DNA of 64,000 nt, taken from assembly GCA_963765675.1 (NCBI GenBank), contig CAVXXK010000001.1:640001-704000 (forward strand). Direction: 5' to 3'. The notes below the pieces were generated by a model. The model saw only the letters and a list, made by a program, of their open reading frames with translations, did no database searches and was not told the DNA's origin. The stretch's first letter is position 1; the number at the start of each line of letters is the position of its first letter. A program made the position numbers and the translations under genes. Origin of the DNA: an uncultured delta proteobacterium. Its GTDB lineage: Bacteria; Desulfobacterota; Binatia; Binatales; Binataceae. This document shows, one piece after another, positions 1 to 11,282 of this stretch.

Positions 1-1077
1 CGCCTCGGCGATGAGCCGCCGGAAAAGGCGCTCATAGTTATCTACTTGCACGTCAACCGAGAACCGCGCTTCGAACTCCGCGCGGCATCCCTGGCGCGAA
101 ATCCCCCCGACCTTCTTCACGGCTGCCGTCATTTCTTCGGTGGTGCTCGCGATCATTCCCGTCACGCCCTGCTTGATGATCTCAGGCACCGAGCCGCAGG
201 GCCGCGCCACGATTGGCGTGCCGCACGCCATCGATTCGATCATCGTGAGTCCGAAAGGCTCGGGCCAATCTATCGGAAACATCAGCGCGAGCGCATTGCC
301 CAGGAACTCGTTCTTTTCGACTTCGTTGATCTCGCCGATATACTCGATGTCAGGCGGCGACAGGCGCGGCTCGATCACGGCTTCGAAGTAGGCTTTATCT
401 ACAACATCGACCTTGGCCGCGAGTTTCAGCGGTATTCCCACCTTGCGCGCGACATCGATCGCAAGGTCGGGGCGCTTCTCCGGAGAGATCCGCCCCAGAA
501 AAGCCAGGTACTTGCCGGGTCCCGGACTGAAGCGCAGAAGGTCGCGCGGCAATCCGTGATAGATCGTCTCGACCCAATTCATGAACTGGAGCGGCACGCG
601 TTGCGCGTCGCTGATCGAGACCACGGGAGTATCGCGGTAGCGATGGTAGATCGGGCGCAGGTCGTCGATATCGAGCCGCCCATGCATCGTGGCTACGGTA
701 GGCACCTTGACCAGCCGCGCGAATGGAAAGCTCCAATAATCGATATGCGAATGGATAATGTCGAAGCGATTCTCGACGTCGTCGTAGGCGTCGCTGATCA
801 TCGGAAGCTGGATAAAGGTGCCAAGTTCGGGCTTGCCCGCCAGGCGCAGCGCGGTCGGATATCCGGGTGACAGCTTGGCCTTGGTGATCGAATCACCCGA
901 GGCGAACAGCGTCACCTCATGGCCGCGGCGCACCAACTCCTCGGTGATATAGGAAACGACCCGCTCGGTGCCGCCGTACAGCTTGGGTGGAACCCTCTCG
1001 TACAACGGCGCGATCTGCGCGATTCGAAGCGGCCGCGAACCGGCGCGGCCCTGCGATGCATCAGCTCTGTCTTCCAA
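1..1077 (-). CDS. Glycosyltransferase family 4 (GT-B), 3' end runs off the window
   Basis: Not in the ORF track because the stop lies outside the window. Manual minus-strand translation gives LRIAQIAPLYERVPPKLYGGTERVVSYITEELVRRGHEVTLFASGDS, a typical GT4 N-terminus. TTG start at 1077 after a GGAAGGAG RBS. Confidence 0.88.
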   Translation of the reverse strand, partial: MEDRADASQGRAGSRPLRIAQIAPLYERVPPKLYGGTERVVSYITEELVRRGHEVTLFASGDSITKAKLSPGYPTALRLAGKPELGTFIQLPMISDAYDDVENRFDIIHSHIDYWSFPFARLVKVPTVATMHGRLDIDDLRPIYHRYRDTPVVSISDAQRVPLQFMNWVETIYHGLPRDLLRFSPGPGKYLAFLGRISPEKRPDLAIDVARKVGIPLKLAAKVDVVDKAYFEAVIEPRLSPPDIEYIGEINEVEKNEFLGNALALMFPIDWPEPFGLTMIESMACGTPIVARPCGSVPEIIKQGVTGMIASTTEEMTAAVKKVGGISRQGCRAEFEARFSVDVQVDNYERLFRRLIAEA

Positions 1078-1353
1078 TCTCCGCTACTCCTTCCTTTAAG
1101 TGATACGCGGCATGGCGCCTATCCGCCAGCGTGTCTCTCAATTATGGCAGCACCGACGCGACCCGAAAATATAAGAATTTGGGGGCGGCTGGCTAGCTTC
1201 GGCATCGGAGCAGGATCGCTTGGGCAAATTTCTTCGGGAGCGGCTGGATACGCTCAACCCGAACCGGCACAATGGAGCCTCGGCGGTCGGTGAGCGCCGA
1301 CCGATGATCCGCCGTCCGGTTCTTCCGAGGTTGCTCAAAGGACTAACGCAGGC

Positions 1354-3804
<2,451 letters not shown>

Positions 3805-3834
3805 TACCGCACCGGGCTGCATCTGAAATCTACT

Positions 3835-4575
3835 TCAGGCGGGCGCGGTCAGCGCGACATGCGCCTCGGGATAGAAGGCCTGCGCGAATGATGGCCGCGC
3901 CTGCATCCGCGCGTACCAATCCTGAAAGTGAGGCAATCCCTCCCACACGCTTTCGATGCCAAGATCGGACATCCTGACGATCGTCGGCAATACGCAAAGA
4001 TCGGCAAGTGAGATCTGTTCACCGGCAAGCCATCGCGATTCGGCGCCTGCCGCGGCGTCGATACGTTCGACGGTCTGACGCAGCCGCTCGAGCGATTCGT
4101 CCACCTGCTCCTTTGAAAACCCGGTGGTGCCAAATCGTCGGTAGTGGCCCTTGCGCAGCGGGGTGGCCGCGATATACCGCTCGCGCGCCCGCTCGCTCAT
4201 CGCGCTCCATCCCGCGAGGAACAGTCCGTTGAACGATGGAATCCGAATCGAGGCGGTCGGAACCTCCTCGATATAACGCAGCCACGCGCGTACTTTGGCG
4301 CGCCCGTACGGCGTCTCGGGCATCAAGCGCGTGCCTTGATGAGGCGCGATCTCCTCGAGATATTCGCAGATCACAGAGGAGTCGATCACAGAACGCCCGT
4401 CGTCGAGCAGCGTCGGAACCACGCCGTTAGGATTGAGCTTCAGGTAGGCCGGCGTGAGATGCGCGCCGGCGGCGAAATCGATCGGATGACCGGTCCACGC
4501 AAGCCCTTTCTCGGCGAGACACAGGCGGACCTTCTGGCTGCACGTCGAGATATGGGCGTGATAAAGCTCGAGCAT
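3835..4575 (-). CDS. Glutathione S-transferase family protein (STCSQK motif)
   Basis: LYHAHISTCSQKVR, LNPNGVVPTL, DSSVICEYL, SLADL. Confidence 0.9.
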   Translation of the reverse strand: MLELYHAHISTCSQKVRLCLAEKGLAWTGHPIDFAAGAHLTPAYLKLNPNGVVPTLLDDGRSVIDSSVICEYLEEIAPHQGTRLMPETPYGRAKVRAWLRYIEEVPTASIRIPSFNGLFLAGWSAMSERARERYIAATPLRKGHYRRFGTTGFSKEQVDESLERLRQTVERIDAAAGAESRWLAGEQISLADLCVLPTIVRMSDLGIESVWEGLPHFQDWYARMQARPSFAQAFYPEAHVALTAPA

Positions 4576-4586
4576 CGCGATCGGAC

Positions 4587-5768
4587 CTAAGCGGCGCGCG
4601 CCTCCGGGAATATCCGCAGAAAATTCTCCGAATAGAACCGGTTGCGAATCTCTTCCGAGCGATCGCCCAGCGCGCCCTCGAAGCGGGAAATAGGATTACG
4701 GCCACCTTCCGTATGCGGATAGTCACTCGAGAATAGATACAGATCCGGATTCGATTCGTCGATCAATGCACCAACCGGTTCAAAAACAAACGGAGTAAAC
4801 GCCATCTGCTGAGTGAGCTGCTCGGACGGAGCGCGGGTGAACTTGGAGAGGTTCGCGTCGGTTTTTCGCCAAATCTGAACTACCCAATCCAGGCGGCTCA
4901 GCAGCGACGGCACCCATCCGGCCCCAAGCTCGACGCACGCACCGCGCAGCTTTGGAAAGCGCTCGAAGACGCCGTCGATCAGCATCATCGAGAGGAATGT
5001 CTCCGGCCCCTGATGCAGCACCGCGACGTCCTTGGTGCGCAGATTCTCACCGCCGCCCATCCAGTCTTTGACCGGCGCTCTGCCGTTGTTCATCCACGCC
5101 TTGTCGAGCTGCAAGGGCGATCCGCCGACGTGCAGGACAAACGGGATGCCCGCGTCGGCGAGCGTCGCCCAAAAGCGATCGAACGCGATATGGCCCGGTG
5201 ATTTGTCGCCGCACACGCGATGCGGAACCCAAACCGCCTTCAGTCCGTTCTTGATCGCGAAATCAAGTTCCTCGAGTGCGAGTTCCGGTTCGTCGAGCGG
5301 CGCGGCAGCGACCCCCAGGAGGCGCCGATCGCGTGAGCAGAACTCCGCCATGTGCCGGTTATGCGCACGAGCTGCGGCGTAGCGGATCCGCGGCGATATT
5401 TTTGAACTCGGCGAAAACGGCATCGCGAGGCTGTGAGTCGCAAACACGAGCTGGCTTTTGAAGCCCAGCATATCGAGCGCGACCGAGCGCTCGGGACTGT
5501 CGAACGCGCCGAGCGCCTGAATCTCTTTCGATCGCTCAATCAGATGATCGCCAAGCGACAGAAGTTCGGCGACATGCTCCTGGCTGTGGCGGCCGCCGCG
5601 CGACATGATTTCGGCGACTTCCTCGTCGGTGACGAGCGAGGCGCTGTAACTGACCGCGGGAATCTGCGCGCGCAGTTCGGGATCGGCATAGCGCTGCAGG
5701 AAATCCGGCAGCTCCATGATATGGCTGTCGGCGTCGTAGAATGGCCGATTGTCGGGTGCGTAAGCCAT
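4587..5768 (-). CDS. Amidohydrolase_2 family metal-dependent hydrolase/decarboxylase
   Basis: DADSH, LHVG, FERFPKL, SSDYPH motifs. Confidence 0.85.
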   Translation of the reverse strand: MAYAPDNRPFYDADSHIMELPDFLQRYADPELRAQIPAVSYSASLVTDEEVAEIMSRGGRHSQEHVAELLSLGDHLIERSKEIQALGAFDSPERSVALDMLGFKSQLVFATHSLAMPFSPSSKISPRIRYAAARAHNRHMAEFCSRDRRLLGVAAAPLDEPELALEELDFAIKNGLKAVWVPHRVCGDKSPGHIAFDRFWATLADAGIPFVLHVGGSPLQLDKAWMNNGRAPVKDWMGGGENLRTKDVAVLHQGPETFLSMMLIDGVFERFPKLRGACVELGAGWVPSLLSRLDWVVQIWRKTDANLSKFTRAPSEQLTQQMAFTPFVFEPVGALIDESNPDLYLFSSDYPHTEGGRNPISRFEGALGDRSEEIRNRFYSENFLRIFPEARAA

Positions 5769-5825
5769 GACGATACCTCTTGGCTGGACTGTTCTAGCGG
5801 GCCGATTGAAGCACGAAACCAGCGC

Positions 5826-6200
5826 TCAAATCCAACTGCCGAGCACGATCCCCGCGATGACGGCGACTCCACCGGTGACCACGCTGCCGATTAGATAGGT
5901 TGCGCCGAGCAGCATTTCACCGGCCTGAAACAGCCGCGCCGATTCATATTCGAAAGTCGAAAAGGTCGTGTAGCCGCCGACGAATCCCACCGCAAAAAAT
6001 AGCCGCCAATAGGGACTCAGCGAGACTCGCTCTTCGGCGAACGCGAGGAACAGCCCGATTATGAAGCTTCCCGTCACGTTGATCACAAAGGTTCCGTACG
6101 GAAAGGTGGCGCCGAAGCGCGAGGCAAACCATCCACCCACCAAATAGCGCGCGACCGATCCCATCGCTCCGCCGATCGCAACCGATATGGCTCCCAGCAC
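5826..6200 (-). CDS. crcB: Fluoride efflux channel Fluc/CrcB
   Basis: 124 aa hydrophobic protein; GGAMGSVARY, FPYGTFVINVTGSF, GFVGGYTTFSTF. Confidence 0.96.
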   Translation of the reverse strand: MLGAISVAIGGAMGSVARYLVGGWFASRFGATFPYGTFVINVTGSFIIGLFLAFAEERVSLSPYWRLFFAVGFVGGYTTFSTFEYESARLFQAGEMLLGATYLIGSVVTGGVAVIAGIVLGSWI

Positions 6201-6224
6201 TGGTCAAGTCCTTCCTGGCGCGGT

Positions 6225-7514
6225 TCAAGCCAGAAGCGCCCGCAACATCTCCGTCCGCCCGACGATCCCGACCAACTTGCCCTCGCCGTCGACCACGGGC
6301 ATGCGTTTGACTCTTTTCTCCGCGGAGAGCACCAGCGCGCTCACCACCGGCATCTTGTCTCTTACTGTTATAACTTCCGGCGTCATTAGGTCCCGGGCCG
6401 AGCGCGCGCGCAGCTTACGGATATCTTTGCTCGCGTCGGTGCTAATCTTTCCGATCGGAATCCTGGACACGAGAATTTCGAGCAGCCCGGGCGAGCCCTC
6501 GCGGCTGAGCTTCGCGATCAAATCCGAATCGGCGATGATGCCGGCAACATGCTGATCGTCGTCCACTACCACCACGCGCTTGTGCGAGGACGCGACCAGG
6601 AGATCGAAGATTTGCTCGATCGTCGCCGACTCGTGAAGGGTCGGCACCTCGCGGGACATTACGTCGCACACCGCCGCGGAGGGATCAGCGGCAGGAGCGT
6701 CGGGACGCCACTCCGGCAGATGAACCGCGGCGATTGTATTCAGGATGTCGAGGCGGCCGAGAATCCCGACCAGCGTTCCATTCTTGTCGACGACCGGCAG
6801 GCGTTTGAGTCGTTTGTCCACCATCACTCGCGCCGCGGCCCCGAGCACGGTGTCAGGAGTCGTCGTCACCACCGGCGCGGTCATTATCTCGGACACTTTA
6901 CGATGCGGATCTTCGAGCGACTCATGCAGCTTGCGCACGAACTCCGGGTCGGCCATTGCCTTGCGAAGACTGATGGTCAGTTTCATTCCGCCGCGCGTCA
7001 GGAGGTCGTTGTCGCTGACCATGCCGACAACTTTGCGCTGCGCGTCGATTACCGGAACCGCGGTAAAATTCTTGCCGAGCAACAGCTCGACAACCTGCGT
7101 GATCGGACTATCGGGATTCACGGTCGCGACTTCGCTGCGCATAACCTCGGAGACATTTACGTCGGGCAAGCCTTCCCTGAACGGAGCGCCCGACTGGAGC
7201 ACGTCAACTTCTTGAGCCGTGATAAGCGCGTTGGGCGCCATCTCGCGCACCGCGGCGATCACTCGGTCGATCCGCGCCGGGCGATCGATCACAGTAATCG
7301 TGATTGGCATGTCCATCGAGAGCCGCAGGATTGCCGAAGTATGGATCAGCGACGACGCGCCAAAGCCGGCAATCCCGCGAGTCGCGGTGGCTCCGCTGCA
7401 TCCTTCGCGCCTTAGCAACTCGATGAGCGCCATGTACAGCGCTTTATGTTCGTACTGATCGGTTTCGCCGAAGTAGATGTTCAGTTGCTTGCCCTTTCCG
7501 GTAAACATCATCAC
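6225..7514 (-). CDS. DUF190 (PII-like, COG1993) domain fused to four CBS domains
   Basis: N-terminal GETDQYEHKALY...GATATRGIAGFG...LSMDMP; two CBS pairs (AVPVID, KRLPVVD, RVVVVD, KRMPVVD); directly upstream of crcB. Confidence 0.9.
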   Translation of the reverse strand: MMMFTGKGKQLNIYFGETDQYEHKALYMALIELLRREGCSGATATRGIAGFGASSLIHTSAILRLSMDMPITITVIDRPARIDRVIAAVREMAPNALITAQEVDVLQSGAPFREGLPDVNVSEVMRSEVATVNPDSPITQVVELLLGKNFTAVPVIDAQRKVVGMVSDNDLLTRGGMKLTISLRKAMADPEFVRKLHESLEDPHRKVSEIMTAPVVTTTPDTVLGAAARVMVDKRLKRLPVVDKNGTLVGILGRLDILNTIAAVHLPEWRPDAPAADPSAAVCDVMSREVPTLHESATIEQIFDLLVASSHKRVVVVDDDQHVAGIIADSDLIAKLSREGSPGLLEILVSRIPIGKISTDASKDIRKLRARSARDLMTPEVITVRDKMPVVSALVLSAEKRVKRMPVVDGEGKLVGIVGRTEMLRALLA

Positions 7515-7633
7515 GCACCTCCCGCGACTGGATCACCGCACGCACCGACACGACGCATGCGGCTCTCAGAGCTTAGCAGATGCAAGATGCTGGCAACTGA
7601 ACGCATGGCTCTGTCCTTGCGGCAGAGCCCTTT

Positions 7634-7674
7634 CAAACGAAAAGCCCCTACCTGTGTTTAACACCTGTAGGGGT
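7634..7674 (-). terminator. Intrinsic terminator forming the expression platform of fluoride riboswitch 1
   Basis: Minus strand ACCCCTAC-AG-GTGT-TAA-ACAC-AG-GTAGGGGC-TTTTCGTTTG; the 5' arm overlaps the aptamer 3' end. Confidence 0.8.
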
Positions 7675-7720
7675 CATCAGCTCACTCAGACGGGAGCGGT
7701 TATCGGTGAACCCCATCACC
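7667..7720 (-). ncRNA. Fluoride riboswitch (crcB motif) 1, upstream of DUF190-CBS/crcB
   Basis: Minus strand GGTGATGGGGTTCACCGATAACCGCTCCCGTCTGAGTGAGCTGATGACCCCTAC matches the GGyGATGrnGyTCrCC...AACCGC..GCTGATGACnyCTAC pattern; pseudoknot GGGGT/ACCCC. Confidence 0.93.
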
Positions 7721-7732
7721 GTTCGCGACTCC

Positions 7733-7761
7733 AATAAACAATCGACGGCCAACGCAGTCAA
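7733..7761 (-). promoter_or_regulatory. Putative sigma70 promoter for riboswitch 1
   Basis: Minus strand TTGACT-N17-TTTATT; the -35 begins 41 nt upstream of the aptamer. Confidence 0.45.
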
Positions 7762-7784
7762 GTCGGCTCCGCAAGCCGCCGGGA

Positions 7785-9458
7785 TCAATCAGTTACCGCG
7801 CCCAGACTGCTCGACGACACCTGGGCCGCGTATTTGGACAACACGCCGCGCGTATAACGTGGCGCGGGCGCCTTCCAGGCCGAGCGCCGGCGCGCGATTT
7901 CGTTTTCCGGGACATTTAATTGCAGCACCAGGCGATCGCCGTCGATCGTGATTGAATCGCCTTCATGCACCAGCGCGATCAGTCCGCCGATCTGCGCTTC
8001 CGGCGCGACATGTCCGACCACCAGACCGTAGGTCCCGCCGGAGAATCGTCCATCCGTAATCAGACCCACCGAACCGCCAAGTCCCGCGCCGATCAGCGCC
8101 GACGTCGGCGACAGCATCTCGCGCATCCCGGGTCCGCCTCGCGGACCCTCGTACCTGATCACCAACACGTCGCCGGCTTTGATCTTTCCCTCGAGGATCG
8201 CCTTAAGTGAATCCTCTTCGCACTCGAACACTCGCGCGGGCCCGGTTATCTGGCGGCTCTTTATACCCGTGATTTTCGCGACCGCGCCTTCGCTGGCAAG
8301 GTTGCCGCGCAGGATCGCCAGATGCCCCTGCGCGTACATCGGATGCTCCCACGGATGGATCACGTCCTGATCCGCACGCGGAGCCGCGGGTACTTCGGCC
8401 AGGTTCTCCGCGATAGTCTTGCCCGTAATCGTCATCTCTTCGCCGTGAAGCAGGCCATGCGCGAGCAGCATCTTCATTACTTGCGGAATTCCGCCGGCTC
8501 GATGCAGATCGGTCGCGACGTATTTTCCGGAAGGCTTCAAGTCGCACAGCACCGGCACTCGACGGCGGATGGTTTCGAAGTCGTCGATCTTAAGCGGCAC
8601 TCGCGCCGCGTGCGCCATCGCCAGCAGATGCAGCACCGCGTTGGTCGAGCCTCCGACCGCCATCACCACCGCGATCGCGTTCTCGAATGCGTTGCGCGTC
8701 ATGATCTGGCGCGGAAGAAGCTGGCGGCGAATCGCTTCGACCAGCACCTCGCCCGAGCGCGCCGCGCTGTCGGCCTTCTCCGGATCGACCGCCGCCATGG
8801 TCGAGGAATACGGCAGGCTCATCCCCATCGCTTCGATCGCCGAGGACATCGTGTTGGCGGTGTACATCCCGCCGCAGGATCCTGCTCCCGGACAGGCGCG
8901 GCGTTCCACCTCGAGCAAGTCGTGCTCGCTTATCCGGTGAGCGCTGAATTCTCCCACCGCCTCGAATGAGCTTACGATAGTCAGATCTTTGCCGTTGTAA
9001 TGTCCGGGCTTGATCGTTCCGCCATAAACGAATATCGCCGGGATATTCATCCGCGCGATCGCGATCATCGCGCCCGGCATGTTCTTGTCGCATCCGCCGA
9101 TCGTGACCACGCCGTCCATCGCCTGCGCGCCGCATGCGGTCTCGATCGAATCTGCAATCACCTCGCGCGAGACCAGAGAATATTTCATCCCTTCCGTGCC
9201 CATCGCGATCCCGTCGCTGACGGTGATCGTGCCGAACACCTGCGGCATCGCGCCCGCGCCCTTGATCGCCGCTTCCGCGCGCTCGGCGAGGACGTTCAGG
9301 CTCATGTTGCAAGGCGTGATCGTGCTGTAGGAATTGGCGACGCCGACGATCGGCTTTTCGAAGTCGCGATCGGTAAACCCGACCGCGCGCAACATCGCCC
9401 GGTTAGGCGAACGCTGAACGCCTTGCGTGATCTCTTTGCTTTTCAGATTTTCTTGCAT
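7785..9458 (-). CDS. ilvD: Dihydroxy-acid dehydratase
   Basis: 557 aa; [44 protein letters not shown]. Confidence 0.97.
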   Translation of the reverse strand: MQENLKSKEITQGVQRSPNRAMLRAVGFTDRDFEKPIVGVANSYSTITPCNMSLNVLAERAEAAIKGAGAMPQVFGTITVSDGIAMGTEGMKYSLVSREVIADSIETACGAQAMDGVVTIGGCDKNMPGAMIAIARMNIPAIFVYGGTIKPGHYNGKDLTIVSSFEAVGEFSAHRISEHDLLEVERRACPGAGSCGGMYTANTMSSAIEAMGMSLPYSSTMAAVDPEKADSAARSGEVLVEAIRRQLLPRQIMTRNAFENAIAVVMAVGGSTNAVLHLLAMAHAARVPLKIDDFETIRRRVPVLCDLKPSGKYVATDLHRAGGIPQVMKMLLAHGLLHGEEMTITGKTIAENLAEVPAAPRADQDVIHPWEHPMYAQGHLAILRGNLASEGAVAKITGIKSRQITGPARVFECEEDSLKAILEGKIKAGDVLVIRYEGPRGGPGMREMLSPTSALIGAGLGGSVGLITDGRFSGGTYGLVVGHVAPEAQIGGLIALVHEGDSITIDGDRLVLQLNVPENEIARRRSAWKAPAPRYTRGVLSKYAAQVSSSSLGAVTD

Positions 9459-9495
9459 GGCAATTTTCGCGATTGAAATTCGCTCGCGCTCCCAG

Positions 9496-9534
9496 AAAAA
9501 CTTAAAACCCCTACGGCTGTCCGCCCGCAGGGGT
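9496..9534 (-). terminator. Intrinsic terminator forming the expression platform of fluoride riboswitch 2
   Basis: Minus strand ACCCCTGCGG-GCGGACAG-CCGTAGGGGT-TTTAAGTTTTT. Confidence 0.82.
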
Positions 9535-9592
9535 CATCAGCCCTCTGAACTGCAACGTAATAGAGAGCGGTTATCCGGTGAACCCCATCACC
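9527..9592 (-). ncRNA. Fluoride riboswitch (crcB motif) 2, upstream of ilvD
   Basis: Minus strand GGTGATGGGGTTCACCGGATAACCGCTCTCT...AGAGGGCTGATGACCCCTGC; same conserved core as riboswitch 1 with a different P2 stem-loop. Confidence 0.9.
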
Positions 9593-9604
9593 GCTAGCGC
9601 GTTC

Positions 9605-9634
9605 ATCATTTCAGCATCGCCCCGCGCGGGTCAA
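9605..9634 (-). promoter_or_regulatory. Putative sigma70 promoter for riboswitch 2/ilvD
   Basis: Minus strand TTGACC-N18-AATGAT with TGn extension; the -35 begins 42 nt upstream of the aptamer, nearly the same spacing as for riboswitch 1. Confidence 0.4.
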
Positions 9635-9668
9635 GGTAATTGGCGCCGCGCCGGCTTCAGTCTGGACA

Positions 9669-9827
9669 CCCTCTCCCTCCGGGAGAGGGCGACGCGGCGC
9701 GATGCTTGCGATTCTTTTTCGCAAGCATCGTGACCGCGTGGGTGAGGGTGCTGCTCCGCGTCTGGCCTGCTCGGCCGTCACGTCCAACATGACGCTTCGC
9801 GTCAGCCGACGGGCCGTCGGCATCCAC
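9669..9827. repeat. REP-like palindrome cluster
   Basis: CCCTCTCCC-TCC-GGGAGAGGG...GGTGAGGG enclosing a perfect 12-bp stem CGATGCTTGCGA/TCGCAAGCATCG; CGTCA-GCCGACGG-G-CCGTCGGC-ATCCAC at 9800-9827. Confidence 0.7.
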
Positions 9828-9834
9828 TGGCAGA

Positions 9835-10399
9835 AAGAGAGCACCTTGGCGAGATGATAGAGAATGCAGATGCCGTCGTCGGCCAGAACGTTGTGCGTCA
9901 CGTCGTCGATCAGACGCTCGGCGCTACCCGGATGCTCGCAGTGATAAAGAACATGCGAGGCAAAGACGATTCGAAACCCCCGGGCGCGCGCCGGCGAGTT
10001 GCGCGATCCCAGCAGCTCGAGCCGATGCCCCGCGAAAGAGTCGCCCGCACGCGCCGAAAAATCCGCGAGCTTGACTGTCCCTGCCGCATTCGCCGCCGCG
10101 AGCGTCGCGAGCGCCTCGCCGCTGCGTTCATCTGCATATTCAGCACTATAGTCAGTCGCGCGAACCTTGAAGCCCGACGCGAACTTCACACCGGTAAGAT
10201 ATTTGACCAGCGTATCGCAAGGGCCGCATCCGATATCGGCGATCATGACGGGATCATTTCCCGTCAGCACGACACCCGCGGCTGCGAGATTATTCAGAAA
10301 GGCCGCATTGATCCGCGCAGTCTTTTCCTTTTCGTCGGTCGCCGCCTTGAACGACGGGTAGATCTCTTCGTAGCGGTAACTATCGATCGTAATGCTCAT
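9835..10399 (-). pseudogene. Class I SAM-dependent methyltransferase, apparently truncated at the 3' end
   Basis: IADIGCGPC motif I, ATD, ASHVLYH. After ILYHLAKV the ORF (to 9611) only reads through REP DNA. Confidence 0.55.
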
Positions 10400-10458
10400 T
10401 TGGTCATACTCTCACAAAGCAACGGCCACGCACGAATGGCGCTTTGTTATTCGGAGGG

Positions 10459-11166
10459 ATGGTCTTGGTTTCGAAAACGAAAATGCTCTCGTTGGTCAAG
10501 ACGTTCAGTTGGAGCGAAATCGATCGCGCGCTGGCGGAACGCCCCGCCCTTCTTGAGGTTCGTGACGAACGCGGACGGAACTGGCTTCACGTTTGCTGCG
10601 GAGTGAGTGTGAAGGGAAAGAAACTGAAACTCGAAGATAGCGTCAAGACCGCCGCGATCCTCTTGAAGCACGACCTCGGGATCGATGACGCGGCCTTCAC
10701 CGAGGGAAAATGGCAGGCGACTCCGCTTTGGTACGCGATCGGGCGCGGGCAAAACCTGATGCTGGCCGAGTACCTTCTCAAGCGCGGCGCAAATCCCAAC
10801 TACTGCCTGTGGGCGGCCGCGTTCAACAACGACCTCGAAGCGATCAGACTCCTGGTCCGCCATGGCGCCGACGTCAACGACTCGTCGGTCGACGAGTCTC
10901 CGTTTCTCGGCGCAATCAAGTGGAGCCATTTCCGCGCCGCCGAAGAGTTGCTGAAGCTCGGCGCCGACGTCAACTACCAGGACTCCCACAAGATGACGGC
11001 GCTCCACTACATGCTGAAAAAAGGCAGCGACAAGAAACACTTCGCGATGCTGCTCGCGCACGGCGCTCGCGGCGACATCAAGAACAAGGAAGGCCTTACC
11101 GCCGCCGCGCTCATGCGCAAGAAGAAGGATCCGGACTTTCACAAAATGACGGATAAGCTCCGCTGA
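10459..11166 (+). CDS. Ankyrin-repeat protein
   Basis: GRNWLH, ATPLWYA, LLKRGANPN, HGADVN, GADVNYQD..MTALH repeats. Confidence 0.88.
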   Translation: MVLVSKTKMLSLVKTFSWSEIDRALAERPALLEVRDERGRNWLHVCCGVSVKGKKLKLEDSVKTAAILLKHDLGIDDAAFTEGKWQATPLWYAIGRGQNLMLAEYLLKRGANPNYCLWAAAFNNDLEAIRLLVRHGADVNDSSVDESPFLGAIKWSHFRAAEELLKLGADVNYQDSHKMTALHYMLKKGSDKKHFAMLLAHGARGDIKNKEGLTAAALMRKKKDPDFHKMTDKLR

Positions 11167-11282
11167 GTCATCGACAGATTGTTCAATCCGCCTGAACAGT
11201 CGTCACGCGTGCCACTCGGAGAGCTCGACGGTTACGCCCGACGGTCCCCACAGGAACCCACCTAGCGCGATTTCACGAACCG

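Noticed and set aside
46-870. 274-aa plus-strand ORF
   Set aside because: Antisense shadow of the GT4 gene on the minus strand; no recognisable motifs
9611-9834. C-terminal 75 aa of the 262-aa ORF (PSPTRSR..RRPLPEGEG)
   Set aside because: Translation of REP palindromes, not part of the methyltransferase fold
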